NCBI GenBank assembly: GCA_049606355.1
Contig: JBMYVL010000010.1
Coordinates: 30,001 to 62,000, forward strand
From: Opitutales bacterium
GTDB taxonomy: Bacteria; Verrucomicrobiota; Verrucomicrobiia; Opitutales; Coraliomargaritaceae
Length of the DNA stretch: 32,000 nt
Reading direction: 5' to 3'
The notes under the pieces are model-generated. The model searched no databases. It saw nothing but the letters and a program-made list of their open reading frames with translations, and was not told where the DNA came from. The position numbers were made by a program, and so were the translations under genes. This document shows positions 16,330 through 25,756 of this stretch, piece by piece. Positions within the stretch are counted from its first letter, which is position 1; each line of letters opens with the position of its first letter.

Positions 16330-17310
16330 TTAAATTTGTTGTAGGATCGTTTCCCAGACGGATTCGGGTAGAGTACTGCCATGCTGCTGCACGACTGCAG
16401 CACCGAGAATAGAGCCAATGCGGGCACATTCGCTTAATTCACATTGGCGAGACCAGCCGTAGAGAAATCCTGCTGCCCAAAGATCTCCGGCGCCGGTGGT
16501 ATCAAGGACTTGCTCCACGAATGCTGCCTCCGCTTTATGCACGCTCGATCCGCGTGCCAGATACGATCCACGTGCGCCTACTTTAACCACTGCGATGTCA
16601 CAATGCTCAGCAAGGTGGCAGGCCATTGCCTCATAGTCTTCACCCAGTCCCGTGAATGCATGGCCTTCCTCTTCGTTGGCAAAGACGATGTCGACATAGT
16701 CGCGCAGAATTTGCGGCAAAATAGTTTTGGTAGCATGGACGACTTCGAATGAAGCCAGGTCGAGACTGATACTGCATCCGGCTTCTTTCGCCGCATCGAG
16801 GACGCGCCGCATTAGCGCCTCGTTGAACAGTAGGTAGCCTTCGATATGTGCGTGGTGGCAGCCATCGAAATCGGCTGCGCTGACTTCATCGGGGTGGAGC
16901 GTCATTGCTGCGCCGAGGTGCGTACGCATGGTACGTTCACCATCAGGTGTGACCAGCGAGAGGCATTGACCATTGGCAACTGCGCCGACTTTAAAGCGTG
17001 AACTGTCGCCACCTAGTGCGGCAAAGCGCTGCCGGTAGAATTGACCATTGGCGCAGTTTCCCGTTTTTCCGATGAATGCAGCTGCGGCACCCATACGTGC
17101 AAGTGCGAAGAGTGTGTTGCCCGCAGAGCCACCGGGCGATTTGCGCGCGTGGCTCGGGATTTTTTCCAGTAGGCTATCAATGGTTTCGGCTTCGACCAGC
17201 ACCATGCCCCCTTTTTCGCCCTCTACTTGTTGTAGGAAAGACTCTTCGATTTCAGCGATGGCATCGACGATTGGACTTCCAACGCCGATTATTGTAAAGG
17301 GAGCGGACAT
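16330..17310 (-). CDS. PfkB-family carbohydrate/nucleoside kinase (adenosine-kinase/ribokinase-like)
   Basis: The N-terminus is [10 protein letters not shown], the GG dipeptide is in PGGSAGNT, and the C-terminal motif is [16 protein letters not shown]. The start ATG is at 17310 (MSAPFTIIG). The ORF extension to 17553 overlaps the lipoprotein gene. Confidence 0.85.
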   Translation of the reverse strand: MSAPFTIIGVGSPIVDAIAEIEESFLQQVEGEKGGMVLVEAETIDSLLEKIPSHARKSPGGSAGNTLFALARMGAAAAFIGKTGNCANGQFYRQRFAALGGDSSRFKVGAVANGQCLSLVTPDGERTMRTHLGAAMTLHPDEVSAADFDGCHHAHIEGYLLFNEALMRRVLDAAKEAGCSISLDLASFEVVHATKTILPQILRDYVDIVFANEEEGHAFTGLGEDYEAMACHLAEHCDIAVVKVGARGSYLARGSSVHKAEAAFVEQVLDTTGAGDLWAAGFLYGWSRQCELSECARIGSILGAAVVQQHGSTLPESVWETILQQI

Positions 17311-17407
17311 AGTGCGTGTATGAGTAAAAGGGACTGCACTGCACAAAATACAAAAAAACCGCCGATCCAAGCTGGAAAGGCAGTTTTGTAGAAAGGTGTG
17401 AGTGTTC

Positions 17408-17812
17408 CTAGAGGGCGTCGCGGATGCTGGCGTAGAGGAATTGCGATTCGGGTAAATTACCCAGGTTGCCGATGCGGATACGCAGCTCGCATAGCCCTGG
17501 TTCCAGTGGTTTGATGCGGACGATGACCTTCTGATCGCCGACTTTACGTGCATAAATCGCTACGTAGGTATTTTTGTGGAGTTCGCCCGTACGGAAGTAG
17601 CCATGTTCGTCGAGCTTGCTGATGGCCGCGCGAAAGATTGTATCCGAATCGGCTTCGAGTGGACCATAAAAATAACCCGCAGTGAAGCGTGCGGTTTGCT
17701 CGACTCCGGTCTGCGGATCGATCGCGACAGGGGTGGTGCAGCCCCCCAGAACTAGCATGAAAAGTGTGAAGAGAGAGAGTAGTGATGCGTTAGCTTTCAT
17801 AATGGCAGGCAT
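17408..17812 (-). CDS. Small lipoprotein of unknown function
   Basis: A signal peptide with lipobox is present: [24 protein letters not shown]|C. An alternative ATG is at 17800. The ORF opens at TTG 17839. The mature part is about 110 aa with no recognisable catalytic motif. Confidence 0.7.
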   Translation of the reverse strand: MPAIMKANASLLSLFTLFMLVLGGCTTPVAIDPQTGVEQTARFTAGYFYGPLEADSDTIFRAAISKLDEHGYFRTGELHKNTYVAIYARKVGDQKVIVRIKPLEPGLCELRIRIGNLGNLPESQFLYASIRDAL

Positions 17813-17874
17813 ATGAAACGATTTTTTTGTGGAGTGCAACCAGAAGCTGCCTGCGATCTAGGGTATAAATGAAC

Positions 17875-17901
17875 GGCCCGTCTCCGAGGTGGAGACGGGC
17901 C
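17875..17901. other. Perfect 11-bp GC-rich hairpin in the xseA/lipoprotein spacer
   Basis: The sequence is GGCCCGTCTCCgaggtGGAGACGGGCC. No clean U-tract follows on either strand (the minus strand continues gttcattta). It may be a transcript end or processing structure. Confidence 0.5.
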
Positions 17902-18116
17902 GCCATCACTAACCTTATTAACCCTAACTAACTCACTAAAAAAGAGTACTCATCTGTTTCTGACTGTGTAAGCGGATGAGGGAGTATGTTCCAAACTGAT
18001 AGAAGTCAGCCGATTGATTCCCGAGGCTCCGCTGCCACATGCGGCTGCAAATGGTGGGCAGATGGATGCACAGACTGAGTGAAGTGAACATGGGAATAAC
18101 ATGCCATATAATACCC

Positions 18117-18148
18117 TAAAAAGCTATAGGTAAAAACACCTATAAAGC
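18117..18148 (-). terminator. Weak candidate intrinsic terminator downstream of xseA
   Basis: On the minus strand the sequence reads tataggtGTTTTTacctata followed by gcttttt. The stem is AT-rich and 7 bp long, so support is modest. Confidence 0.35.
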
Positions 18149-18193
18149 TATTTTACCGCTTTTTGACTATCCCGTGTAGCCAAGCCGATACGG

Positions 18194-19540
18194 CTACTTT
18201 TTGACTTCAAGTGTCACCGCACCATCGTGAAATTGAGCCGTTACCATGTTGCTCGCCCGCGTCGCTTGTGCAGAGGTTAACAATCGCCCGTCAGTTTGTT
18301 GTAGAATTGCATAACCCCGCTTCAGGGTTGCGCTTAGACTACTGCTCTCCAGGCGCTGGGCACTATGCCGCAGGCGTTCCCGCTGTTGCCGCAGTGAAAT
18401 TTTAGTGGCCAAGCCAACGCGATCGGCGGCGACCTGTATCGCTTGTTGGGCGAGGTGCAGGCGAGTTCGTGGATGACGCGTTTGCAGACGACCCGCAAGG
18501 CTCATGAGTGCTGCTTGTTGTGCGGCAAGATAGGCTTTCAGCGCGACACAGAGGCGGGTTTCCAGGTCATCGAGGCGCATGCCGGCCAACTCAACTTGTC
18601 GAGCGGGCGCCAAGATTCGCATCCGGGTCTGCAGGTCAGCGAGGTGGCGCTGTTGTTCGATCCATTGGCGCCGCACTCCTTCGGTCAAATTTGCAGCTGC
18701 TTGTTGCAGGCGCTCTCTGCTGGCAAGTTGTTGGGTGGAGATTAACTCAGCAGCGCCTGATGGGGTCTCGGCGCGTTTGTCCGCGGCAAAGTCACTGAGC
18801 ACGGTGTCGATTTCATGGCCGACGGCAGAAATCACTGGAATCGGGCAAGCTGCCACGGCGCGCGCGACGGCTTCTTCGTTAAATGGCCATAGGTCTTCGA
18901 TACTGCCGCCGCCACGGGTAAGGATTACCAGTTCGTAGCTGGGTTGGCTCGCTGCCGCGGCTGTCAGCATTTGAACGATCTCACCCGCGGCTTGCTGCCC
19001 CTGCACGCGGACGGGTAGGACTGTGACCTCACCGCGGAAATCGCGCCGCTGGAGGATTCTGAGGAAATCGCGGACCGCAGCACCGGTCGGTGAGGTGATT
19101 ACCGCAATTCGTTGCGGTAAGGCTGGCATTGGCTGTTTCCGCTCGGTATCAAACAAGCCTTCCTTGGCCAGCAGGCGTTTCATACGCTCATACTGTAGTT
19201 GCAGTCGTCCTTCGCCGCTCTCAATCGCTATTTTAGCGATCAATTGGTAGCGGCCATGCGGTTCGTAGACCGACAGCGCGCCGAATAGGAGCACTTCCAT
19301 GCCATCCGCCAGTTGGAAAGATTGCCGTGCCGCATCGCGCGCAAACAGCACGCAGGGTAACTGACTGTTTGCATCTTTGAGCGAGAAGTAAACATGCCCG
19401 GAACTTTGTCGGCGCAGATTGGAAATTTCACCACGGACCCAGAGCTGCTCAAAACGTCCTTCCAAGAGTGTCTTGATCTGGCGTGTGAGGTCACTGACGG
19501 CCAAGACGTGGTCAGGGTCCGGTTGTAGAAGGTAGTCCAT
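18194..19540 (-). CDS. xseA: Exodeoxyribonuclease VII large subunit
   Basis: The N-terminal OB fold reads VSDLTRQIKTLLEGRFEQLWVRGEISNLRRQSSGHVYFSLKD. The catalytic core includes RGGGSIEDLWPFNEE and VISAVGHEIDT, followed by a long helical C-terminus. No xseB is adjacent. Confidence 0.92.
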   Translation of the reverse strand: MDYLLQPDPDHVLAVSDLTRQIKTLLEGRFEQLWVRGEISNLRRQSSGHVYFSLKDANSQLPCVLFARDAARQSFQLADGMEVLLFGALSVYEPHGRYQLIAKIAIESGEGRLQLQYERMKRLLAKEGLFDTERKQPMPALPQRIAVITSPTGAAVRDFLRILQRRDFRGEVTVLPVRVQGQQAAGEIVQMLTAAAASQPSYELVILTRGGGSIEDLWPFNEEAVARAVAACPIPVISAVGHEIDTVLSDFAADKRAETPSGAAELISTQQLASRERLQQAAANLTEGVRRQWIEQQRHLADLQTRMRILAPARQVELAGMRLDDLETRLCVALKAYLAAQQAALMSLAGRLQTRHPRTRLHLAQQAIQVAADRVGLATKISLRQQRERLRHSAQRLESSSLSATLKRGYAILQQTDGRLLTSAQATRASNMVTAQFHDGAVTLEVKK

Positions 19541-19665
19541 GGTGGATCAGGTGATTGAATCGCGCTTCCGCTGCAGTCCTCTAGTGCAAATCGAGGGATC
19601 GTTCTTGTCTAGGCAAGAAATGATGAATCGGTCAGCGCAGGGAATGGTGTTGTTTAAAGTGACGC

Positions 19666-20304
19666 GTGCCAAGTTTTCGCTTCAATGATCCCAATAACAC
19701 TGGCTTGCCAGCAAAGTTAAATACCCTAGCGTCGCACGACATGGAAGATGAAGTCGACACCTCCTCGGGTAATTTTTTGGCTGTATCGCTGGCACTACTG
19801 GGTATTGCCATGGGTGGTACCGCTTTGTACTTTGGCCTCAATGCCCACCAGCGTATGCTAGCCTTGCAGGAAGCGGTTGAGAGCGGTAGTTCGGAATGGA
19901 GTACCGTCGATCAGCAACTACAAGCCGCCGCGCAGCGGACCGAAGTCTTGGAGAAAAGCCTGAGTCGCTTGCGCGCGTACGGCAATCAACGCGACCAAAG
20001 CCTGAAGGAGATCATTGCAGCTCTAAAGGAGAATAATGCGCAAACGATCGAGTTGGGCAGTCGCTTAAACGAATGGGTGGCGACTTCTGCACCCGCTGCA
20101 GTTAAGCCCAGTGCGACTACCACTGAGTCGGCAGCTCAGGTAGCCACTGCTAAGAAAGGGAGCTACACGATTCAGTCGGGGGATACCTTTGCCAAAATTG
20201 CCCAACAAAACGGCATTGGCTTACAGACTCTATTGAATGCGAACCCTGGTGTTGACCCCCGGCGTTTAGGTATTGGACAAACCATCAATTTACCGACCAA
20301 CTGA
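19666..20304 (+). CDS. Membrane-anchored LysM-domain protein with a short coiled coil
   Basis: The TM helix is [22 protein letters not shown]. The C-terminal LysM domain is [44 protein letters not shown]. The ORF opens at GTG 19666, with an alternative ATG at 19741. Confidence 0.8.
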   Translation: MPSFRFNDPNNTGLPAKLNTLASHDMEDEVDTSSGNFLAVSLALLGIAMGGTALYFGLNAHQRMLALQEAVESGSSEWSTVDQQLQAAAQRTEVLEKSLSRLRAYGNQRDQSLKEIIAALKENNAQTIELGSRLNEWVATSAPAAVKPSATTTESAAQVATAKKGSYTIQSGDTFAKIAQQNGIGLQTLLNANPGVDPRRLGIGQTINLPTN

Positions 20305-20876
20305 TGGCCAGCGCTGAGGATCCTTCGGAGCCGCCCTGTTGGGATTTACTCGATGATCGACTACTGACACCATGCCGTGTCTGGGAGTTACGCGCACGGC
20401 GTTACCGGCATCCTAAAAATGGTAAAGAGGGCGAGTTCTACTATTTGAATTCGCGTGACTGGGTGATTGTCGTGGCGCGTACAGTCACAGGTGAATTAGT
20501 GATGGTGCGTCAGTTCCGCTGGGGCTTGGATGGCCTGTCGTGGGAATTGGCAGGCGGCATCGTTGACGACGGGGAAGACCCGCTCGAGGCAGGCCTACGC
20601 GAACTTAAAGAGGAGACCGGTTATGAGGCAGAGCGTGGGCGCATTATTGGGCACTGTAGCCCTAATCCGGCAATTCTGAACAACCGCTGCCACATTGTTT
20701 TGGCGGACAACTGCCGTCTGCTTGCTGACGGCACCGCATGGGATGAACACGAGGAAATGGAAGTTCGGGTGGTGCCGGAAGCAGAGGTGCTGCAGTGGGC
20801 CAAGAACTGCGAGATTGATCATGCCCTGGCACTGGTGGGCTTATTGTACTATCAGCTCCACAAAGAGAGCGTATAA
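20304..20876 (+). CDS. NUDIX hydrolase (ADP-ribose pyrophosphatase-like)
   Basis: The Nudix box is [24 protein letters not shown]. The ATG overlaps the upstream TGA by 1 nt (TGATG). Confidence 0.88.
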   Translation: MASAEDPSEPPCWDLLDDRLLTPCRVWELRARRYRHPKNGKEGEFYYLNSRDWVIVVARTVTGELVMVRQFRWGLDGLSWELAGGIVDDGEDPLEAGLRELKEETGYEAERGRIIGHCSPNPAILNNRCHIVLADNCRLLADGTAWDEHEEMEVRVVPEAEVLQWAKNCEIDHALALVGLLYYQLHKESV

Positions 20877-20904
20877 AAAAAGGAGAGGCAGTGGCCTCTC
20901 CTTT
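20875..20904. terminator. Bidirectional intrinsic terminator between the NUDIX gene and the TonB-dependent receptor
   Basis: The sequence is aaaaaaAGGAGAGGCagtgGCCTCTCCTtt: a 9-bp stem flanked by an A-run on one side and a T-run on the other. The U-tract is better on the minus strand, which is the receptor's. Confidence 0.8.
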
Positions 20905-20928
20905 GTCGTTAAAGCTAGCGGTGAGTGA

Positions 20929-23127
20929 CTACCACTCGTAGTTCAGCGTCACACCGAACTGCTGTGGATCGGCTGGATTCTCATAGCGGCGAGTGACGGC
21001 TGCGTAGCCGTCATCTGGATGGTAGTTGTCGAAGTTGAAGATACGTTTTTCGTATGCTTCGTCGAAGAGGTTTTTACCCCAGACTGTGAGGGTCCAACCT
21101 TCGTAGCGATAGCCGATTGCGGCATTGAATATGGCAAACACGTTGCGCTTTTCGTTGTGGCTGTTTGATTCGAAGAACTCGTCGCTGCCAGTTGCTTCGA
21201 AGTTTGCGAAGAAGCCGCAGTCGGATTGGTAGTTCACACGAACGTGGTAGTTGAAGCTCGGAGCATTGGCTAAGTTTCGCGATGGCACGTAGATTCCGAG
21301 TGCTTCGTCGATCTCATCTGCGTCAAGGTCTTTATCAATATCCTCGTCTGATGCTAGCGAAGTGTAGCCGTTGCGGTCTGTATCGAGCAAGCCCAACCCT
21401 GCGCTAACAGTCCAGTTCTTTGATGCATGCCAGGTTGCTTCGGCCTCAAGACCAATATGGTGGGCATCGTTGCCATTAATTGTAAGGTAGCGGAAAAAAC
21501 CACCCGCTCCGGCAGAGTCTCTGAGCTGTGCATTTTGCCGATGTAGGTAGAACCCAGTGATCTGGCTCGAGATCGATCCATCGATCCAATCGCTGCGCAA
21601 TCCTATCTCGAAGTTGTAAAGCGTTTCATCGTCATAGGTTGCCGGGTCAAAATCGAATCCGAAACTCGAGACGTTAGCTCCACCGGCTTTGTAGCCCCTA
21701 GCAGCGCTGGCAAAGAGCATGTGTTCTTCGTTGAGGTCATGCTCGAGGGTAAGTTTCCCTCCCCAGAGGATGCCGTCTTCATTGCTCTTGCCGCTGAGGA
21801 GTCTTCCAGCATACCACCCGGAATCAGTGCCGATACTGGATGTTTCGATGTCGTAATGCTCTAGACGTAGTCCGAGTGTTAAGCGAGTGGCGTTAGAGAA
21901 GTCGTGCGCGATTTGGCCGAATAGAGTGAAACTTTGGTGTTCGTAGTCGGAAACAGCGTCCATTGTGCCGTAATCATCGTCGTAGTCTGCAAGAGATTCC
22001 TCCTCGAGGAAATTATAATAAGCGCCTAAAGTCCAGCGATCGATCCAATCTAATGAATAGTCTTGGTCTTTCGAATCAAGGCGAAGCTCCTGAGAGATGG
22101 TATCGCGTTTCCTGTCGATCTCGAGGAATCCGAGGTAGCCACTGTCGAACGGCGGGGCAACATAGCCAGCACCCCAGTCGTTATCGTAACTGTAAATGGA
22201 GTCTGTATCTGTACCACTTAGGATGTAGGTGACGTTGGCTGTGTTCCAGCCGGTCCAAGTGCCACGGATACTGCCAGCGATCGATTTCTGCTCATCACGG
22301 CCGGGTTCGTCGGAGAAGGTGTCAAAGCGGGTATTGTCCAGCGACCACTCGTCGTAGCCATTGTCGGCATCTGCGTAAAATAGCGTGGCATCCCACTGCC
22401 AATCTTCGTTCGCGATCCAGCGAAGCTTGAGGCGGGTGTTGAGTTCGTCGCGCTCGTTGGTGTCGTCTTTCCCGAGAAATTGATTGTCGCGAAAGCCATC
22501 TTGCTGGAGTTGGTAGGTGGAGAAGCGGAAGGTCAACCGCTCCGGATCGTCCTCAAGTAGAGGGCCACCGATTGCGAACCCTGTTGAAATCAGGTTGTCT
22601 TCACCGATGGTGCCTTCGACTTGTCCGCTCCACTCGGAAGTCGGCTCGTTGGTGACGATCTTGATCACACCCCCCGCTGCGTTGACACCGTAGGCACCCG
22701 CCTGTGGGCCGCGGAGCACTTCGACCTGTTGTACGTCGAAGAGATTGCCGATGCCGCCGAGGCCGGTGAAGTCAAGGTCATCGACGAGAAAGCGGACCGA
22801 GGAGTCGGGTGTTTCACCTTCGAACTGGGAGTTTTCACCGATGCCGCGGATCTGGAAGTAGCGTGGGCGGGAGGTGCCGCCGGTCCAAGTTAGATTGGGG
22901 ATCGCATTGATCAGATCCTCGAAGTGCTGGGTGTCGCCTGCGAGGCGTTCGCTGTCGAAAGCAGTCACGCTGGCGGTCGTGCGAGTGAGGTCGCTCTCCC
23001 ACAAACTACCGGTGACGACAAAGTCGGGCAGTTCGTGGATGTCCTTCGCGCTGGCAGGAGCAGTCGTTTGTGCACTTAGGCCGCTTGCAAGAACGGCGAA
23101 TGCAATTGTGGTTTTGATGTTCGTCAT
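20929..23127 (-). CDS. TonB-dependent outer-membrane receptor, probably for thiamin or a thiamin precursor
   Basis: The signal peptide is MTNIKTTIAFAVLASGLSAQ. Plug-domain motifs are VEVLRGPQAGAYG and GGVIKIVT. The beta-barrel ends in the terminal aromatic motif GVTLNYEW. The ATG is at 23127 and the ORF opens at TTG 23139. A TPP riboswitch precedes the gene. Confidence 0.9.
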   Translation of the reverse strand: MTNIKTTIAFAVLASGLSAQTTAPASAKDIHELPDFVVTGSLWESDLTRTTASVTAFDSERLAGDTQHFEDLINAIPNLTWTGGTSRPRYFQIRGIGENSQFEGETPDSSVRFLVDDLDFTGLGGIGNLFDVQQVEVLRGPQAGAYGVNAAGGVIKIVTNEPTSEWSGQVEGTIGEDNLISTGFAIGGPLLEDDPERLTFRFSTYQLQQDGFRDNQFLGKDDTNERDELNTRLKLRWIANEDWQWDATLFYADADNGYDEWSLDNTRFDTFSDEPGRDEQKSIAGSIRGTWTGWNTANVTYILSGTDTDSIYSYDNDWGAGYVAPPFDSGYLGFLEIDRKRDTISQELRLDSKDQDYSLDWIDRWTLGAYYNFLEEESLADYDDDYGTMDAVSDYEHQSFTLFGQIAHDFSNATRLTLGLRLEHYDIETSSIGTDSGWYAGRLLSGKSNEDGILWGGKLTLEHDLNEEHMLFASAARGYKAGGANVSSFGFDFDPATYDDETLYNFEIGLRSDWIDGSISSQITGFYLHRQNAQLRDSAGAGGFFRYLTINGNDAHHIGLEAEATWHASKNWTVSAGLGLLDTDRNGYTSLASDEDIDKDLDADEIDEALGIYVPSRNLANAPSFNYHVRVNYQSDCGFFANFEATGSDEFFESNSHNEKRNVFAIFNAAIGYRYEGWTLTVWGKNLFDEAYEKRIFNFDNYHPDDGYAAVTRRYENPADPQQFGVTLNYEW

Positions 23128-23130
23128 TTT

Positions 23131-23201
23131 GGATCTCAATTATTGTGTTGTTGAGATCCGGCTTTTGGCGACGGAAGGGTGGAGCACTCACAAAGTGCTC
23201 C
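23131..23201 (-). promoter_or_regulatory. Expression platform of the TPP riboswitch: two hairpins, the second ending 3 nt before the start codon
   Basis: On the minus strand the first hairpin is GGAGCACTttgtgAGTGCTCC (23201..23181). It is followed by acccttcc, which resembles the 5' strand of aptamer P1. The second hairpin is GGATCTCAAcaacacaataaTTGAGATCC (23159..23131), followed by aaaATG. Neither hairpin has a U-tract, which suggests translational occlusion rather than termination. Confidence 0.6.
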
Positions 23202-23202
23202 G

Positions 23203-23310
23203 TTCCTTTCCCTACGCCGGTGTCAACCGGATCAGGTTCGAAGGGACCGTCCTTGTGCTTGCGCAGGAAAACGTCTCAGACCCATGCCAGGTCACCCCTA
23301 AGGAAGGCCA
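23203..23310 (-). promoter_or_regulatory. TPP (THI-box) riboswitch aptamer
   Basis: The minus strand reads ccttccttaGGGGTGacctggcatgggtCTGAGAcg...(variable P3)...gtCCCTTcGAACCTGATCcGGTTgacACCGGCGTAGGGAAagg. This matches the conserved GGGGUG / CUGAGA / ACCCUUUGAACCUGAUCUGGUUAAUACCAGCGUAGGGAA core. Confidence 0.88.
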
Positions 23311-23399
23311 TTAGACAAGTCGCTCCCGCACAAAGTTGTCAATACCGAACCCGTTGCGGGTAGTCGCTCAGCCGCTACAAAGCGGCGTAGGATAGGTGG

Positions 23400-23861
23400 T
23401 TAGCGGGCAATATCGTTCTGGCCAATCACGGTGAGTTGATGGCGCTGCAGTGTGTCGGCCGCGAGATCATTGTCTTCGAGGCGTAGTGCCAATGCGTAGC
23501 GCCCCCGCGGGCGTACCAAAAATGGGTACACGTAGTGAATGTTGATTTCGGCTTGGACGAGCGCAGCTGTCACCCGCTTGAGCTCCGATTCATCATCGAG
23601 TTCCACTGCGATCATTTCGCTCTGTACGAAGGAGAATTGGTGTTCTGCGAGTAACTTCTGAGCTTCTTCGGGATAATCAACAATGAAGCGCACGACTGAG
23701 CTATCGGTGGTGTCGAGAATCGACAAGGCCATGATGTGCACTTCGTGCACGGCCATCAGACCGACGAGTTCATTGAGGCGCCCCACCTTGTTGTCCGCAT
23801 GGATCGAGAATTGTACAACCGGACGGTAGGCGCCAGGGTGGCGTAGCACTTCAGTAGTCAT
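23400..23861 (-). CDS. Small tandem ACT-domain (ligand-binding) protein
   Basis: The 153-aa protein has two beta-alpha-beta-beta-alpha-beta-like halves: [31 protein letters not shown] and [29 protein letters not shown]. No catalytic domain is present. Confidence 0.6.
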   Translation of the reverse strand: MTTEVLRHPGAYRPVVQFSIHADNKVGRLNELVGLMAVHEVHIMALSILDTTDSSVVRFIVDYPEEAQKLLAEHQFSFVQSEMIAVELDDESELKRVTAALVQAEINIHYVYPFLVRPRGRYALALRLEDNDLAADTLQRHQLTVIGQNDIAR

Positions 23862-23949
23862 GACGCGTAAGCTTAGTCCAAGTCTGGACTACATGCACGT
23901 TTTTTTTACACTTCGCGAGCAGTCACTCCCAACAGGCCGTACGCCCCAA

Positions 23950-24831
23950 CTATTCGATGTTTTGCACCTGTTCGCGAATGCGTTCGAGGGCGTTCTTGCC
24001 TTCAATGACGGCGCGGGTGATTTCGATCTGGGTTGATTTGCTACCAGTCGTGTTGAACTCACGATGAATCTCCTGGCAGAGGAAGTCCATTTTTCGACCA
24101 CAGGCCGCATCACTCTTGAGGAACTCACGGAACTGTTCGAAGTGGCTTTTCAGGCGTGTTATTTCTTCGCTGATATCCGAGCGGTCCGCGAACAGTGCGA
24201 TCTCCTTTAGGACGCGTTCATCATTGAGGTCGATTTCGAGGTCGAGTTGGTTAAGCCGTTCCAAAAGCGACTTACTGTAGTTGCCGACTGCCTGCGCTGC
24301 CTGCTGCTCGATTGTTTGACAGAGCGTATCCAGTGTATCGATACGTTCACTTAGATCCTTTGCCAAAGCCTCGCCTTCCTTTTGTCGCATCGAGTCAATG
24401 TCGATTAATGCCTCTTTGAAGGCTTCTTCGATTGTTGCTTCAAGGGTGCGCCAATCGGGTAAGCCTGAGTTGTCTTTTAGCGTTTTGGCTAAGTTGAGTA
24501 GTAAGTGGCTATCGACCGTGAAGGGGATTGCGTGGCTCTCGGCATAGTCGCGCAAGCGTTGCAGTGTTTCATCCATTGCCGTCGCACTGAGACGCAAGCC
24601 CTGCGTCTCGCTGGCGCTCGTCTCTGCTTTGATTTGAATGCTCACCCGGCCCCGTTGGTAGTAAGGCTTGATCCACTCGCTGCAACGCAAGTCGATACCA
24701 TTCCATTCGCGCGGCGCACTCGTAGACACGTCCAAACTCTTGCGGTTAACGGAGCTGATCTCGATCGAGATCTGTAAGCCGTGCTCCCTGTTCGCCACTG
24801 AGCTGCGGCCGAATCCTGTCATACTTTTCAT
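23950..24831 (-). CDS. yicC: YicC/YloC-family stress-induced protein (endoribonuclease family)
   Basis: The N-terminus is the characteristic [10 protein letters not shown]. The C-terminal conserved block is [16 protein letters not shown] ... [21 protein letters not shown]. Confidence 0.88.
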   Translation of the reverse strand: MKSMTGFGRSSVANREHGLQISIEISSVNRKSLDVSTSAPREWNGIDLRCSEWIKPYYQRGRVSIQIKAETSASETQGLRLSATAMDETLQRLRDYAESHAIPFTVDSHLLLNLAKTLKDNSGLPDWRTLEATIEEAFKEALIDIDSMRQKEGEALAKDLSERIDTLDTLCQTIEQQAAQAVGNYSKSLLERLNQLDLEIDLNDERVLKEIALFADRSDISEEITRLKSHFEQFREFLKSDAACGRKMDFLCQEIHREFNTTGSKSTQIEITRAVIEGKNALERIREQVQNIE

Positions 24832-24865
24832 AGTCGTGAGCGAGTTGGGGTTGCAGAGTTAAGCG

Positions 24866-25753
24866 TTACGGAGCGATCAGGCTGCCGGATTGATTGATCA
24901 ACAGCAGCATGACTAAGCTAAAGCTGTTGAATAGCGCGTGGAAACTCACCGCAACCCATAAATTTCCTTCCGTTTCATAGACATGAGCGAGCAGAATACC
25001 GACCACGAGCAGTGGGCCGAAGGACATCAGATTGCCATGTAAGAGCGCGAATAAAAGCCCACTCAGCACTTGTGCGAAAGGGATCAGGGTCTGGCTTTTT
25101 AGAAAGCGATAGACGCAACCGCGAAAGATAATTTCTTCGATCGCAGGAGCGAGGGCCACTGCAAACAGTACCAATAGGGCGATAGCGATTGGATCGCCGC
25201 CGGCGCCGAACAATTCAATTAATTCCTGCGGAGGCGTAGCTCCGATCCAGCCAATCTCCTGCAAGGCTTTGAGTAATCCATTCCAAATCAAACTCACGAA
25301 CCAGATGATCGGCAGATAACGTAGAAAAATCGGTAGCGAGCGCAGTAGGGCGGTCCAGATCGGCAAGGGCTCACTGTTCAGCCTACCGGCAAACTGATGG
25401 GGGAAATAGCGCCGGCTCAGATAAAAAACTGCCAGAAGCGGCAATTGGAGGAGTAAAATGGAGACGACCGCCAACCATGGGGTTAATTCAATCGCCCCGC
25501 CATCCTCGGTGGTGGCTTCGCTGGCGAGGAGTCGTGCGCTCAGACTTTGGGCCAGATAAACCGCAACAATCAGCGCGCAGATGAAAATTCCGAAATTTAC
25601 CCAACCGATGGCCCAAGGCGGTACCGGGTTATTTTGCTGAATCGCGCTCCGCGGCATGAGTAGGCGCGCAAACCAAAGCGCCGCACTGCCGCCGAGGGCG
25701 CCTACGATCAGTAACGTGGCAAGGACGGCCGGTAAATCCAGTTCCTGCAGCAT
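24866..25753 (-). CDS. CPBP-family (CAAX/Abi) intramembrane glutamic protease
   Basis: The protein is polytopic and carries the three CPBP motifs: EEIIFRG, FALLHG and FHALFN. Confidence 0.85.
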   Translation of the reverse strand: MLQELDLPAVLATLLIVGALGGSAALWFARLLMPRSAIQQNNPVPPWAIGWVNFGIFICALIVAVYLAQSLSARLLASEATTEDGGAIELTPWLAVVSILLLQLPLLAVFYLSRRYFPHQFAGRLNSEPLPIWTALLRSLPIFLRYLPIIWFVSLIWNGLLKALQEIGWIGATPPQELIELFGAGGDPIAIALLVLFAVALAPAIEEIIFRGCVYRFLKSQTLIPFAQVLSGLLFALLHGNLMSFGPLLVVGILLAHVYETEGNLWVAVSFHALFNSFSLVMLLLINQSGSLIAP

Positions 25754-25756
25754 ACG

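Noticed and set aside
16299-16427. An upstream extension of the proA ORF that overlaps the kinase gene
   Set aside because: The canonical ProA N-terminus starts at the ATG at 16298. The extension would overlap the PfkB gene's 3' end by about 100 nt.
17311-17553. An 81-codon extension of the PfkB kinase ORF
   Set aside because: The extension is Ser/Thr/Cys-rich nonsense that overlaps the lipoprotein gene. Homologous kinases start at the GxGxxxxD segment, which follows the ATG at 17310.
17950-18040. A possible tRNA, suggested by gattgattccc followed by ...gctgcca
   Set aside because: I could not build a T-arm or acceptor stem. The flanks of the putative T-loop are not complementary.
22874-23314. 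A 146-aa plus-strand ORF across the receptor 5' end and the riboswitch
   Set aside because: It is antisense to both a well-supported signal peptide/plug region and a conserved riboswitch. It has no motifs.
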